DNA of 53,088 bases, taken from positions 1 to 53,088 of IMG/VR virus record IMGVR_UViG_3300035670_000285; one strand, written 5' to 3'. The notes under the pieces were generated by a model, which saw only the letters and a program-made list of their open reading frames with translations, did no database searches and was not told the DNA's origin. This document shows positions 29,259-38,971 of the stretch, in pieces (within the stretch, counting starts at the first letter, position 1; each line of letters starts with the position of its first letter). Source of the stretch: a virus. Its lineage: Duplodnaviria; Caudoviricetes. The translations under genes were made by a program, and so were the position numbers.

Positions 29259-30212
29259 ATGAATGAAGAAGGAATAAGGGAGAAAATGTTGGTGGTATTG
29301 GTAGAGTCTGTCCTAGGTAAAGGACGTTCAACCGCCCGTAACAACATGGCATTTAGTTGTCCTTTTTGTCACCACTCCAAAACCAAATTAGAAATTCAAG
29401 TTCACACAAATGAAAAAAAGGAAAATCCTTGGCACTGTTGGGTATGTGGTGAAAAGGGTAAAACACTTTCTTCCTTATTTAAAAAAATAAAGGCACCATC
29501 TCACAAAATTGCCGAACTTAATTCCCTTATTAAACCTGGAAAGAAACAAGAAAATCAAATCCACAATCTTTCCCTTCCCAAAGAATTTATCCCACTAAAT
29601 ACCACACCCAGCCTAGATAAAATTACACAAATCGAAGCACGACATGCCCTTAAGTTTCTTAAACAACGTGGTATTACTGAAAATGATATTATAAAATACA
29701 ATATTGGTTTTTGTGCTGAAGGTAATTTTGCAAAACGTATTGTTGTTCCATCATATGATGAAAACGGTATATTAAACTTCTTTTCATCACGCACTTATCT
29801 CTCAGATGACCCACAAAAATATAAAAACCCAGCAGTCGATAGAAATATCATTACGTGGGAATATTATATTAATTGGAATGCACCTATTATCCTTGTAGAA
29901 GGTATTTTTGATGCTCTAACTATTAAACGCAACGTTATTCCGCTTCTAGGAAAAACAATTTCAGAAGCACTAATGAAAAAAATAGTTGGTTCTCAAGTAC
30001 AAAAAGTGTACATTGCCCTAGATAATGATGCTTTAAAAGAAGCAATTAAACATTGTGAAAGGTTATTGTCATTTGGTAAAGAAGTATATTTGGTAGAGTT
30101 AGGAGGAAAAGATGCAAACGAAATTGGCTTCGAGCGCTTCCTAGAGAACATCGAAGCCACTCCTCCTCTTACTTTTTCTACCCTTGTAAGTAAAAAATTA
30201 GAACTAGCATGA
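29259..30212 (+). CDS. DNA primase (zinc finger plus TOPRIM)
   Basis: CPFCHH..WHCWVC, KYKNP, LVEGIFDA, ALDNDA, KDANE. Confidence 0.9.
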   Translation: MNEEGIREKMLVVLVESVLGKGRSTARNNMAFSCPFCHHSKTKLEIQVHTNEKKENPWHCWVCGEKGKTLSSLFKKIKAPSHKIAELNSLIKPGKKQENQIHNLSLPKEFIPLNTTPSLDKITQIEARHALKFLKQRGITENDIIKYNIGFCAEGNFAKRIVVPSYDENGILNFFSSRTYLSDDPQKYKNPAVDRNIITWEYYINWNAPIILVEGIFDALTIKRNVIPLLGKTISEALMKKIVGSQVQKVYIALDNDALKEAIKHCERLLSFGKEVYLVELGGKDANEIGFERFLENIEATPPLTFSTLVSKKLELA

Positions 30213-30991
30213 TAGATAAAAATGTAAATATTATTAAAGATCCAAAAATTAAACGCATTGTAGAATATAGTGCGGATAATAAACAAATTAATGTTTTGGA
30301 TCAACGTTTTTATAGACGAAATGAAGAATATTATCCTTCCGTTTCATCTATTTTAAATTATTTCCCTAAAAACCAATTTTTCCATTCTTGGCTTAAAGAT
30401 GTAGGACATAATAGTGATATTATTGCTTCTAAAGCAGCTGCTGAAGGTACTCAAGTACACAATGCTGTTGAATCTTTTATTAATGGAAATGAAATAAATT
30501 GGATTGATGAATATGGAAATGCAATTTACTCTCTTGATGTTTGGAAAATGATCCTTAAATTTGCAGACTTTTGGAATACCCACAAACCAGAATTAATAGC
30601 AACTGAATATCATCTATTTTCAGATAATCACAAGTATGCAGGTACTGCTGACTTGATTGTTAAATTAAAAGGTAAAGTATGGTTGATGGATATTAAAACA
30701 TCTAATTCACTTCATACATCATATGATCTGCAGTTAGCATCATATGCTAAAGCATGGACCGAAACACATGATACTCCAATTGAGGAAACAGGTATTTTGT
30801 GGTTAAAAGCTGCTACTAGGGGTGAGGGAAAAGGTGATGCAATTCAAGGTAAAGGATGGCAATTAAAAACAATAGGTGATATTGATCGTAATTTTGAAAT
30901 GTTTCTTAAAATATACGACATATACAAACTAGAAAACCCCGACTCTAAGCCTATTACGGAACTATTACCAGTATCAATTAAATTAAGTTAA
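30209..30991 (+). CDS. PD-(D/E)XK exonuclease
   Basis: PSVSSIL, GTQVH, YAGTADL, MDIKTS, LQLASY. Confidence 0.85.
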   Translation: MIDKNVNIIKDPKIKRIVEYSADNKQINVLDQRFYRRNEEYYPSVSSILNYFPKNQFFHSWLKDVGHNSDIIASKAAAEGTQVHNAVESFINGNEINWIDEYGNAIYSLDVWKMILKFADFWNTHKPELIATEYHLFSDNHKYAGTADLIVKLKGKVWLMDIKTSNSLHTSYDLQLASYAKAWTETHDTPIEETGILWLKAATRGEGKGDAIQGKGWQLKTIGDIDRNFEMFLKIYDIYKLENPDSKPITELLPVSIKLS

Positions 30992-31004
30992 AATATTTAT
31001 TTAT

Positions 31005-31706
31005 GTGAATAATCATTTGACAATAGTAATTCCTTGCAAAAATGAAGGTAAAGGGATAATAGACGTTATTAAATTAATTCTATTACAAATAAATTGTAAA
31101 ATAGTAATAGCAGACTCTTCAGATGATGAAGGGTCTCTTTTATTATTACAAAAATGTGCCTCATCACATTCAAATATACAATTAGTAGAGGGTGGATTAC
31201 CATCTATAGCTCGCAATAATGGTGCTAAATTAGTTACTACTCCTTATGTTTTATTTTTAGATGCTGATTCTTATGTCTTTAATCCATTTTTGATAGAAGA
31301 ATGTGTTATAACAGCTATAAAAGGAAACTATGATTTAGTTACTTGTAAATTTAGAACAGATAAACCCTACAGATGGGTGTATAGAGTTTTTGATGTAATA
31401 CAATGGTTTAGTTCATTTACTAAACCGTTTGCTTTAGGAGGTTTTATGTTATTTAAAACAGAAACTTTTAACCAATTAGGAAAATTCAATGAACAAGATC
31501 AAGTTGCTGAAGACTACAGGCTCAGCTCAAAAATTAAACCTAAAAAGTTTAAAATCATTAATGGTTATGTATATACTCCAAGTAGAAGATTTAGTAAAAA
31601 AGGTGTATGGTATATGATTAAACTAATGTTAAGCTCTTGGATTAATAGAAATAATAATGAATTTTTTAAACATGATCAAAACTATTGGAATGAAAAAGAA
31701 AATTAA
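31005..31706 (+). CDS. glycosyltransferase family 2
   Basis: TIVIPCKNE, IADSSDD, ARNNGA, LFLDAD, AEDY..S.RRF; late motif at 30994-31001. Confidence 0.88.
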   Translation: MNNHLTIVIPCKNEGKGIIDVIKLILLQINCKIVIADSSDDEGSLLLLQKCASSHSNIQLVEGGLPSIARNNGAKLVTTPYVLFLDADSYVFNPFLIEECVITAIKGNYDLVTCKFRTDKPYRWVYRVFDVIQWFSSFTKPFALGGFMLFKTETFNQLGKFNEQDQVAEDYRLSSKIKPKKFKIINGYVYTPSRRFSKKGVWYMIKLMLSSWINRNNNEFFKHDQNYWNEKEN

Positions 31707-31776
31707 ATTTGAATTAATAATGGTTTTAGCAAGTGTGGGAACCATATTATTAATCATTTTAGCTTCTAAATTATGA
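31690..31776 (+). CDS. 28 aa single-TM peptide bridging GT2 and phosphoesterase
   Basis: MKKKIKFELIMVLASVGTILLIILASKL; its stop overlaps the next ATG (ATGA). Confidence 0.45.
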   Translation: MKKKIKFELIMVLASVGTILLIILASKL

Positions 31777-32516
31777 GTACTTATAAAGCAATAATAGTAT
31801 CTGATTTACATTTAGGAACAAAAGATAGTAAAGCAGAAGAATTTATAGAATTTTTAGAAAAACATCCAACTGAATTACTCATATTAAATGGTGATATAAT
31901 TGATGGATGGGCTTTAAATAGAGGAGCTAAGTGGAAAAAGAAACATACTAAAGTTATCTCTAAACTACTTAAATTATCTAATAAAACTCAAATTATTTGG
32001 ATAAGGGGCAACCATGATGAATTTATACAAGAATTTATAGGAAGTCATTTCGGTGGAATAGAAGTAAGAGAGGACTATAAAATACAATATCTAGAGCATA
32101 TAGAATATGACAACTGGAAAGAAAGATGTTATTATATTTTCCATGGAGATGTAATAGATGTTTTTATTACAAAATATAATTGGCTATCAAAACTTGGATC
32201 AATAGGATATGACCTTGCTCTGTGGGCAAACAGACAATATAACAAATATAGAAAATGGAGAAAATTACCATACCAATCTATATCTCAAAAAATAAAAACC
32301 AGCGTAAAAACAGCAGTAAGTTATGTAAATGATTTTGAAGTAACTGCTTTAAAAATGGCTGAAAAACAAGGATGCGACGGCGTCATTTGCGGCCATATTC
32401 ATCAACCAGAAGACAGAATGATAGACGGTAAAAGATATCTAAATTCTGGTGATTGGGTGGAAAATATGAGTGCTATTTTGATTGACCGCCAAGGACACAT
32501 ATCTTTATATAAATAA
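31773..32516 (+). CDS. calcineurin-like metallophosphoesterase, PlcP/LpxH-like
   Basis: SDLHLG, GDIIDGW, GNHDE..FGGIEV, HGD, DGVICGHIH, NSGDWVE. Confidence 0.85.
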   Translation: MSTYKAIIVSDLHLGTKDSKAEEFIEFLEKHPTELLILNGDIIDGWALNRGAKWKKKHTKVISKLLKLSNKTQIIWIRGNHDEFIQEFIGSHFGGIEVREDYKIQYLEHIEYDNWKERCYYIFHGDVIDVFITKYNWLSKLGSIGYDLALWANRQYNKYRKWRKLPYQSISQKIKTSVKTAVSYVNDFEVTALKMAEKQGCDGVICGHIHQPEDRMIDGKRYLNSGDWVENMSAILIDRQGHISLYK

Positions 32517-32544
32517 TAATATATTTTTTATTATATTTATATAC

Positions 32545-33552
32545 ATGGGAAAAAATCTAAATAAAGAACTAGTTAAGGAATTCATGAAACATGTAATGGA
32601 TGAACTTCAACTAGAAAAACTACCTAAAATAACAATGTCTAATGACTCACAAGAAGCAATTGACTTACGCTCTTGGGGTGGATATAGACCATCAACAAAA
32701 TCAATCCATATAGTAACAGCCAAAAGACACCCAGCGGATATTTTCAGAACATTAGCACATGAACTAGTACATTATAAACAAGATCTAGAAAATCGCTTAA
32801 AACCGGGATCAGGAGAAACAGGTAGTGATGATGAAAATGAAGCTAATTCTAGAGCAGCTGTTATTATGCGCAATTTTGCTCAAGCAAAACCTAATTTATT
32901 TGAGCATTTAACCAAAGAAGGTGAATATGGAAAGTATCTATTTGGTGATAAGGAATCTGGTGTTAAAATAGGTTGGTATAAAGATGAAGTTGAAATAGAT
33001 ACCCCTGCTGAAAGATTATTATTTAATTTTTTAAAGAAATATGCTGATTCTGAAGCTAATGTATATAGTACTGTAAATTTAGATTCATATTTAGGAACTT
33101 TTAAAAAGCTAAAAGCAGAATATCCTGAAATAGTTGATTCAAATTTATCTCCAAATACTTACATTTATAGAGGAACTGTTATAAGTGAGGAAAAAGCAGC
33201 AGCATTATTTAATAGTCCGAATAAAGAAGAAACTAAAGACAATATTATAATCCCTAATCAGGAATATTCATCACGCAGAAAAGTGTCATCTTGGAGCACA
33301 CGCTATTTCCCCGCAGCATCATTTGCAATGAGTACTGCTGAAAGAGGAGGTGAGGGTGTACCTGTAGTAATGAGAGCTAAAGCAGGTGATGCTGATTTAT
33401 TTTTTAATCCTAAATTCATGGACAAACTGAGTGATCAACTTGAAGATGAAGTAATTAATGGTACTAATCCTATGAAAGTAGATGTTATGCTGATCAAAAA
33501 CTACGAGGATGAATTTGAAGATATTGAAAGTGGATATTTAAGCACAAAATAA
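32545..33552 (+). CDS. zincin (HExxH) domain fused to a putative ADP-ribosyltransferase
   Basis: TLAHELVH..ENEAN; then YIYRG, SSWST, EDEV; ATG 32545 follows late motif 32534-32541. Confidence 0.7.
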   Translation: MGKNLNKELVKEFMKHVMDELQLEKLPKITMSNDSQEAIDLRSWGGYRPSTKSIHIVTAKRHPADIFRTLAHELVHYKQDLENRLKPGSGETGSDDENEANSRAAVIMRNFAQAKPNLFEHLTKEGEYGKYLFGDKESGVKIGWYKDEVEIDTPAERLLFNFLKKYADSEANVYSTVNLDSYLGTFKKLKAEYPEIVDSNLSPNTYIYRGTVISEEKAAALFNSPNKEETKDNIIIPNQEYSSRRKVSSWSTRYFPAASFAMSTAERGGEGVPVVMRAKAGDADLFFNPKFMDKLSDQLEDEVINGTNPMKVDVMLIKNYEDEFEDIESGYLSTK

Positions 33553-33556
33553 AGTT

Positions 33557-34126
33557 ATGAAAGAAACACAATTAAAAAAACAATTTACAGAAAGAGATTT
33601 ACAACGTATCAGAAATCTAGTACAAAAGAAAGGTAACGAAAAAACTGTTACTTCTGTTGGATACACTAAAGCAGAAGAACGCCATGTTGAAGGTGATGTT
33701 TGGGAAGAAAATGGTAAAACATGGACTATTAAAAATGGTGTTAAACGCACTATTCGTAAAGTAGATGCTACGGGTGTACCTTTACTTTGCCCTAAATGTT
33801 CTAAGCCAATGAAACATCATTTTGATAAGCAAATGTATGGTATTCATCAAATGTGTTTACACTGTGTTACTGAAATGGAAGGTTTATTAAAACTAGAAGG
33901 TAAATATGAAGAATACGAAAAAGAAATGATTCGTAAAAATGCCCAATATTATGTTGACAATGTGATTAATGGTGTTGATCACTTTTTAGATGATTTGATT
34001 AATGAAACTTATGTAATGGAAGATGGTACTATTCAAAATTGGGTAGGAAACGGGTTAGATAAGCAAGAAGTTAAAAAACAAATCATGGAAAAAATACAAC
34101 AATTAAAAGATAAAATAAATTCTTAA
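33557..34126 (+). CDS. zinc-finger protein
   Basis: CPKC...CLHC; GDVWEENGKTWTIKNG. Confidence 0.75.
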   Translation: MKETQLKKQFTERDLQRIRNLVQKKGNEKTVTSVGYTKAEERHVEGDVWEENGKTWTIKNGVKRTIRKVDATGVPLLCPKCSKPMKHHFDKQMYGIHQMCLHCVTEMEGLLKLEGKYEEYEKEMIRKNAQYYVDNVINGVDHFLDDLINETYVMEDGTIQNWVGNGLDKQEVKKQIMEKIQQLKDKINS

Positions 34127-34159
34127 TATTTATATGTAAAATCAAATATCTCTTTATAT

Positions 34160-34432
34160 ATGGATAACGTTTGGACAGTATTTGTTACAGCAATAACGGT
34201 TTTGGGTGGAACAACAGCCTTCCGTTTTTACGAAAAACGAGCACTGTACCGTGAACGCGATGCTGATTTTATTCGCCATGATTGCAAAGATAGAATAGCT
34301 AAATTAGAAGCCCTATTAGAAGAATCATCTAGAGAGAAAGATGAAATGCGCAATTTAATATTACAATTAACAGCCCAAGTAGCTGAATTACGTACTAAAG
34401 TTGAATTCTTTGAAAAACAAACCAATGCATAG
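34160..34432 (+). CDS. TM plus coiled-coil protein (holin-like candidate)
   Basis: N-terminal hydrophobic helix followed by heptads; late motif at 34127-34134. Confidence 0.55.
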   Translation: MDNVWTVFVTAITVLGGTTAFRFYEKRALYRERDADFIRHDCKDRIAKLEALLEESSREKDEMRNLILQLTAQVAELRTKVEFFEKQTNA

Positions 34433-34661
34433 CTTAACAGAACTACTAGGACTAATTACAGAAGGTAAAATTGAATATCCAGCAAACCATAAACCTGGTA
34501 TGCGTGTAACTAAAGGTGGTTCAATGTGTGCTAATTGTGAATATTGGGTTGAAAAAGGTAATTTGTGCAACAACAAATATTGGTTGCAATGGCGTGATGG
34601 CGATGCTAAAGTTCCCGCTCCTGCAGACGAATATTGTTGTAATTGGTGGCACGCAAAATAA
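34425..34661 (+). CDS. small HiPIP-like Cys protein
   Basis: CANCEYW..LC...V....YCCNWW; ATG 34425 overlaps the end of the previous gene. Confidence 0.55.
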   Translation: MHSLTELLGLITEGKIEYPANHKPGMRVTKGGSMCANCEYWVEKGNLCNNKYWLQWRDGDAKVPAPADEYCCNWWHAK

Positions 34662-34667
34662 TATAAT

Positions 34668-35309
34668 ATGAAAAGACAAGCAATTTACGAGGTTGATGAC
34701 TGTGGATGTAATGGTCCTAAATTAATTCTTCAAGAAGGATGGGATCTAGTTACTATATCTGAAGGGTTAAAATATCACATTCAAGAAGGTAGAATGTTAA
34801 TTCATAACATTTATCGCCCATTATCTGAAAACTATTTTGCATTGTTTCGTGAAGCACGTGAGTTATATGAAGATGGTTTACTTTCTATAACCGAACAAGA
34901 TGCTGAATTACTTGAATCTAATATTGGAGAATACTCATTCTATAATGGAATTAAAGTACCACTTGATTATCCTATTTCAGTTGATGAATTAGTTCAATTA
35001 CATGAGGAATTAGAGCTTGAAGAAGCAGATAAAAAGAAAAAAAATCCACCAATTGGAAAACCAAAGCGTGGTGGTTCAAAGAAATTTTATGTTTACGTTA
35101 GAGATAAAGGAAAAATTAAAAAAGTATCATTTGGTGACACTACAGGATTGCGCGCAAAATTAAATAATCCAAAAGCACGTCAGGCATTCTCAAAACGTCA
35201 TGATTGTCCAAATAAAAAAGATAGAACAAAAGCATCATACTGGAGCTGTCGCTTACCACGTTATGCTAAACTATTAGGTTTTAAAACATCATTTAGTGGA
35301 TATTGGTAA
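34668..35309 (+). CDS. putative internal head protein, acidic domain plus basic Cys domain
   Basis: LEE boundary, then KKFYVYV..KKVSFGD..ARQAFSKRHDC..ASYWSCR. Confidence 0.7.
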   Translation: MKRQAIYEVDDCGCNGPKLILQEGWDLVTISEGLKYHIQEGRMLIHNIYRPLSENYFALFREARELYEDGLLSITEQDAELLESNIGEYSFYNGIKVPLDYPISVDELVQLHEELELEEADKKKKNPPIGKPKRGGSKKFYVYVRDKGKIKKVSFGDTTGLRAKLNNPKARQAFSKRHDCPNKKDRTKASYWSCRLPRYAKLLGFKTSFSGYW

Positions 35310-35319
35310 TATATAACAT

Positions 35320-36087
35320 ATGATTAAACTAATAGACATATTAAAGGAAGCTAATATTATCAAAGTCCCAGAAGAAGTACTATCTCAACTTGAAGATGTT
35401 TATAACTACACAAAAAGTAATATTGATAAGTTAAAAGAAACTGCTCCTGAAGATTATAATAGTCCTTTAATTATTCCTAGATATAACAAATATTTTAAAT
35501 TTAATGACTTATCAGGAAAAGAAATTCAAGTGTCTATAGGATATTACAACAACCCCACAGATTTAGGAGCTGGTAGAATGAATACTATAGATGATATAAT
35601 GCTGATAAATCTAGCTTTTTTTGGAGATAAAGAAGATTTTTTAGAATTAGGTGAACACGAGTTAGTTCATGCAATGGACCCAAAACTTAGAGATATAGAA
35701 TTAATGGGTAGGGAGTATGCAAAGAAAGGTGCTGAACCTGATCAAATGGATAAATACTTAAAATCTCCATGGGAGTTTGATGCTTTTACTTCTTATCTTA
35801 TTAACAAACTAAAAAGATCTAGAAGCAGAATTGATGATAAGGATTATTTTGATAAAAATATAAAACAACTTCTATCGGCACTAAAAAATAAAAGTGTTGA
35901 GGAAATTATAAATGATGATGAATTACTTAGAAATGCTTGGTTTTTTTCTAATAAAGAATGGAAAGAAGAAAACTGGTCTAATGTTTTATACGAATTTCAA
36001 AAAGAGATGGAAAGGATGAAAGCCTGGGCCTCTAAACCTACCCTATACAAAAAATTCCTACAGAGATATGCTAATGTTGTAAAATAA
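35320..36087 (+). CDS. putative internal head protein with zincin motif
   Basis: MIKLIDILKE leader; HELVHAMD..SPWEFDA. Confidence 0.7.
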   Translation: MIKLIDILKEANIIKVPEEVLSQLEDVYNYTKSNIDKLKETAPEDYNSPLIIPRYNKYFKFNDLSGKEIQVSIGYYNNPTDLGAGRMNTIDDIMLINLAFFGDKEDFLELGEHELVHAMDPKLRDIELMGREYAKKGAEPDQMDKYLKSPWEFDAFTSYLINKLKRSRSRIDDKDYFDKNIKQLLSALKNKSVEEIINDDELLRNAWFFSNKEWKEENWSNVLYEFQKEMERMKAWASKPTLYKKFLQRYANVVK

Positions 36088-36091
36088 AAAA

Positions 36092-36412
36092 ATGATTAAA
36101 TTAACAGATATATTAACTGAAATAAAAGAAACATTTGAAAGTTTTGCTATTACTCGTGGTAAAGGTGCTGCTAAAATAGCATCAACTGCTGAAGAAAAAG
36201 GTGGGTTGTCATTATTAACATGGCATCACTTTAAAGTAAAAGCTCCATATTATAAAAAAGCAGCTGAGGGTAAATTTGATATAGAAAAAGCTAAAAGTGA
36301 ATTTGAGGATACCTATAAAAAAATATCACTAGATATGACTCAAACTGAATTTCAAAGAGAAGTGGGGCGTTTAGAAGTATTAGGCGAACTTCTAATTAGA
36401 AATAAAAAGTGA
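36092..36412 (+). CDS. putative internal head protein
   Basis: MIKLTDILTEIKE leader. Confidence 0.7.
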   Translation: MIKLTDILTEIKETFESFAITRGKGAAKIASTAEEKGGLSLLTWHHFKVKAPYYKKAAEGKFDIEKAKSEFEDTYKKISLDMTQTEFQREVGRLEVLGELLIRNKK

Positions 36413-36762
36413 TTAAATTAATAGATATATTAAATGAAATTGACCCTAAAGTAGGTACAGGTAAAAAACCTAAAGGATCAGGTCGTCGTCTATACACAGA
36501 TGAAGATCCAACAGATACAGTACGTGTCAAGTTTAAAACAGCTCAAGATATAAAAGATACTTTATCTAAAGAATCATTTAAGTCCAAATCACATGCTCGC
36601 CAATCACAAATTATTAACTTAATCCACCAGCGTGTAAGAGCAGCATATGGTAAAGCTAAAAATCCGGATGTAAAATCTCGTTTAAAACGTGCTTTAGATT
36701 ATATTGAAAAACGCAAAGAAGCATCTAAAGAAAAAACACAACGTTTGAATAAAAATAAATAG
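36409..36762 (+). CDS. putative basic internal head protein
   Basis: MIKLIDILNE leader (GTG start), then Lys/Arg-rich GTGKKPKGSGRRLYTDE domain. Confidence 0.7.
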   Translation: MIKLIDILNEIDPKVGTGKKPKGSGRRLYTDEDPTDTVRVKFKTAQDIKDTLSKESFKSKSHARQSQIINLIHQRVRAAYGKAKNPDVKSRLKRALDYIEKRKEASKEKTQRLNKNK

Positions 36763-36764
36763 TT

Positions 36765-37028
36765 ATGAATTATCCGTATACTGATATAGAAAACAATGAT
36801 TTCTATATTATACGTGAATTTAATGAGAATATAGATCCTATCGAACTATTATGGCACCGTGATGGTGAAGATCGCACAATAGAAATAATAGGACATACTG
36901 ACTGGCAAATACAACTTGACAATCAATTGCCTACCTCGCTAAATCAATCAATATTTATACCGAGACACACTTGGCATCGTGCTATAAAAGGTACGGGATC
37001 TTTATGTTTAAAAATATATAAGCGTTGA
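36765..37028 (+). CDS. small cupin-fold protein
   Basis: WHRD.E...IFIPRHTWHRAIKG. Confidence 0.65.
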   Translation: MNYPYTDIENNDFYIIREFNENIDPIELLWHRDGEDRTIEIIGHTDWQIQLDNQLPTSLNQSIFIPRHTWHRAIKGTGSLCLKIYKR

Positions 37029-37960
37029 TTAAATTAACAGACATACTAGCGGAAATATTAACTGAAAAAAAGTTATGCAAAAAAGGCAAAGCTTATTATA
37101 ATCGTCGTATTGCCGCTGGTGAAAAACCATCTGCTTACTTATCAGGACGTGCTGTTAAAGTGTGTAAAGGATTAATGAAAGAAGATGAAGATAACTTTAG
37201 AGGTATTAATCCATCTGAAGCATATAACGATGTTGATGCTATTGATACATTAAAAGATAAAAAACGTGATGTTGCTTTTATAGTAGCAAAATCAAATACT
37301 CCTGAAAATTGGGAATACGTTCAAAAAGTTATACAAGATAACGGTATTAAAGTAATGTATGTAAAGGGAAACCCATATGATGCATATGTTGCTTATTTAC
37401 CTGGTAGTGAAAATAAAGCTACACAATTAAAAAATTTAGCTGAAAAATATGGCGGCTATTTAGCATCAAACGCTACAGCAGACGATACTAGAAAAATAGG
37501 TAAATTATTAGGATATAAAGAAGATAAAATAGAACAATATATTAAAGATAGATATATTGATGAATCTTTAAAAGAAATATTTCATGATAAAATAATTAAA
37601 TGCAGAAAGTGTGGATGGGAATGGAAATTATCTCAGGGAGGAAAAGATCCATTCGTTTGTCATAAAAATAAGTGTGGATACGATAATAGTGATTTTTACG
37701 ATAATGATATAGATGAATCTTTACGTGATTGGTTTAAAAAAGAAGATTGGGTTCGTATAGATACTCAAGGTAATATCACAGGTCCTTGTGGTACAATGAA
37801 AAAAGGTAAGGCAACTACTCGTTGTTTACCTCGTGCTAAAGCAAATAGTTTAACAAAAGCAGAACGCGCATCTACTGCTCGTAAAAAAGTAGCTGGTTCT
37901 AAAAAAGGCAAACAATTTGTTCCTAATACTAAAAAAGCAAAAGTAAAACTTAGAAAATAA
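37025..37960 (+). CDS. multi-module putative internal head protein
   Basis: MIKLTDILAEILTE leader; four modules separated by LMKE, IDESLKE and IDESLRD. Confidence 0.7.
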   Translation: MIKLTDILAEILTEKKLCKKGKAYYNRRIAAGEKPSAYLSGRAVKVCKGLMKEDEDNFRGINPSEAYNDVDAIDTLKDKKRDVAFIVAKSNTPENWEYVQKVIQDNGIKVMYVKGNPYDAYVAYLPGSENKATQLKNLAEKYGGYLASNATADDTRKIGKLLGYKEDKIEQYIKDRYIDESLKEIFHDKIIKCRKCGWEWKLSQGGKDPFVCHKNKCGYDNSDFYDNDIDESLRDWFKKEDWVRIDTQGNITGPCGTMKKGKATTRCLPRAKANSLTKAERASTARKKVAGSKKGKQFVPNTKKAKVKLRK

Positions 37961-38451
37961 TGAAACATTCGGAATTAAAAGAAATGATTCGTCGTGTAGT
38001 AAAAGAAAGAGCTCTTACTGGTGCTGAAGAACGCAAAAAAGAGCAAATCGTTAAAGGAATGAAAAAATTCTTTAAAGGTGATGAATCTGACATGTACGCT
38101 ATTGCTACTGATAGAGCTAAAAAATTAAAAGAAGGTGAAGACCATGAAGTATCAATGGCTATATCTAGTTTAGAAGCAATTGCCGAATCAATCATTGAAC
38201 TAAGACAAAAATTGGGCACCCAAGAACGCAACATCCCAGGATGGATTCAAGATCATATTGCTAAAGCAGAAAATTATATTGAACAGGCTGCTCAGGGATT
38301 TCATGAATTACATGAAGAAAAAGATCCATTAGATTTTGTTGTATCTGAAAAAAAAGGTAAAGATCAAGATGGTGATGGTGATATAGATAGTAAAGATTGG
38401 CAAATAGGAAGAGATATTGCTATTAAAGCACAAATGGCTAAAAAGAAATAA
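37960..38451 (+). CDS. putative internal head protein with EF-hand-like loop
   Basis: MKHSELKEMIRRVVKE leader; DQDGDGDIDSKD. Confidence 0.7.
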   Translation: MKHSELKEMIRRVVKERALTGAEERKKEQIVKGMKKFFKGDESDMYAIATDRAKKLKEGEDHEVSMAISSLEAIAESIIELRQKLGTQERNIPGWIQDHIAKAENYIEQAAQGFHELHEEKDPLDFVVSEKKGKDQDGDGDIDSKDWQIGRDIAIKAQMAKKK

Positions 38452-38453
38452 TT

Positions 38454-38951
38454 ATGGAATTTCAATCAAAAGATGAATTAGTAGCCCATATTAGGGGTAG
38501 AGTACGCCAAATGATGGGGAAAACATCTGAACAAGCATATCAAGGTGATCCTAATTCTCCTATGAATGTGATGTTAGCTAATTTTCCTGAATTACGCCAA
38601 ACATTAGAAAAATTATTAACGATGCAATATAGAATATTCGTTAATGATATTCAATGGGTAGCTCCTAAACCAACTACATTTAAAATTATCCTTCCTAATG
38701 GACAATTTTTCAATATGATTTGGAATACTGAAGATTTTATTGTAAAAATATTAGGAAAAAGATACGACATGCTAGTGCTTAAAGAGCGTGAAAGAGCTAC
38801 TAAAGCACTATCAAATCTATTACAATACAGCCCTATAAATGCCAATTTATCCCCTGAAGACCTAGCCCAACAAAATTTAACCCCAGCTAAAGGAGAACCA
38901 TTAGGTGAACCACCAGCTCCTCCTACAGAGGAACCAAGCCCTTCAGTATAA
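38454..38951 (+). CDS. hypothetical protein
   Basis: 165 aa, tightly packed; WVAPKPTTFKI; Pro/Glu tail. Confidence 0.7.
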   Translation: MEFQSKDELVAHIRGRVRQMMGKTSEQAYQGDPNSPMNVMLANFPELRQTLEKLLTMQYRIFVNDIQWVAPKPTTFKIILPNGQFFNMIWNTEDFIVKILGKRYDMLVLKERERATKALSNLLQYSPINANLSPEDLAQQNLTPAKGEPLGEPPAPPTEEPSPSV

Positions 38952-38971
38952 ATTCATCCATAAAAAGGAAT

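Noticed and set aside
30209-30991. Cas4/CRISPR association of the PD-(D/E)XK nuclease
   Set aside because: No Fe-S Cys cluster and no array or cas genes; its position after primase fits a replication/recombination nuclease
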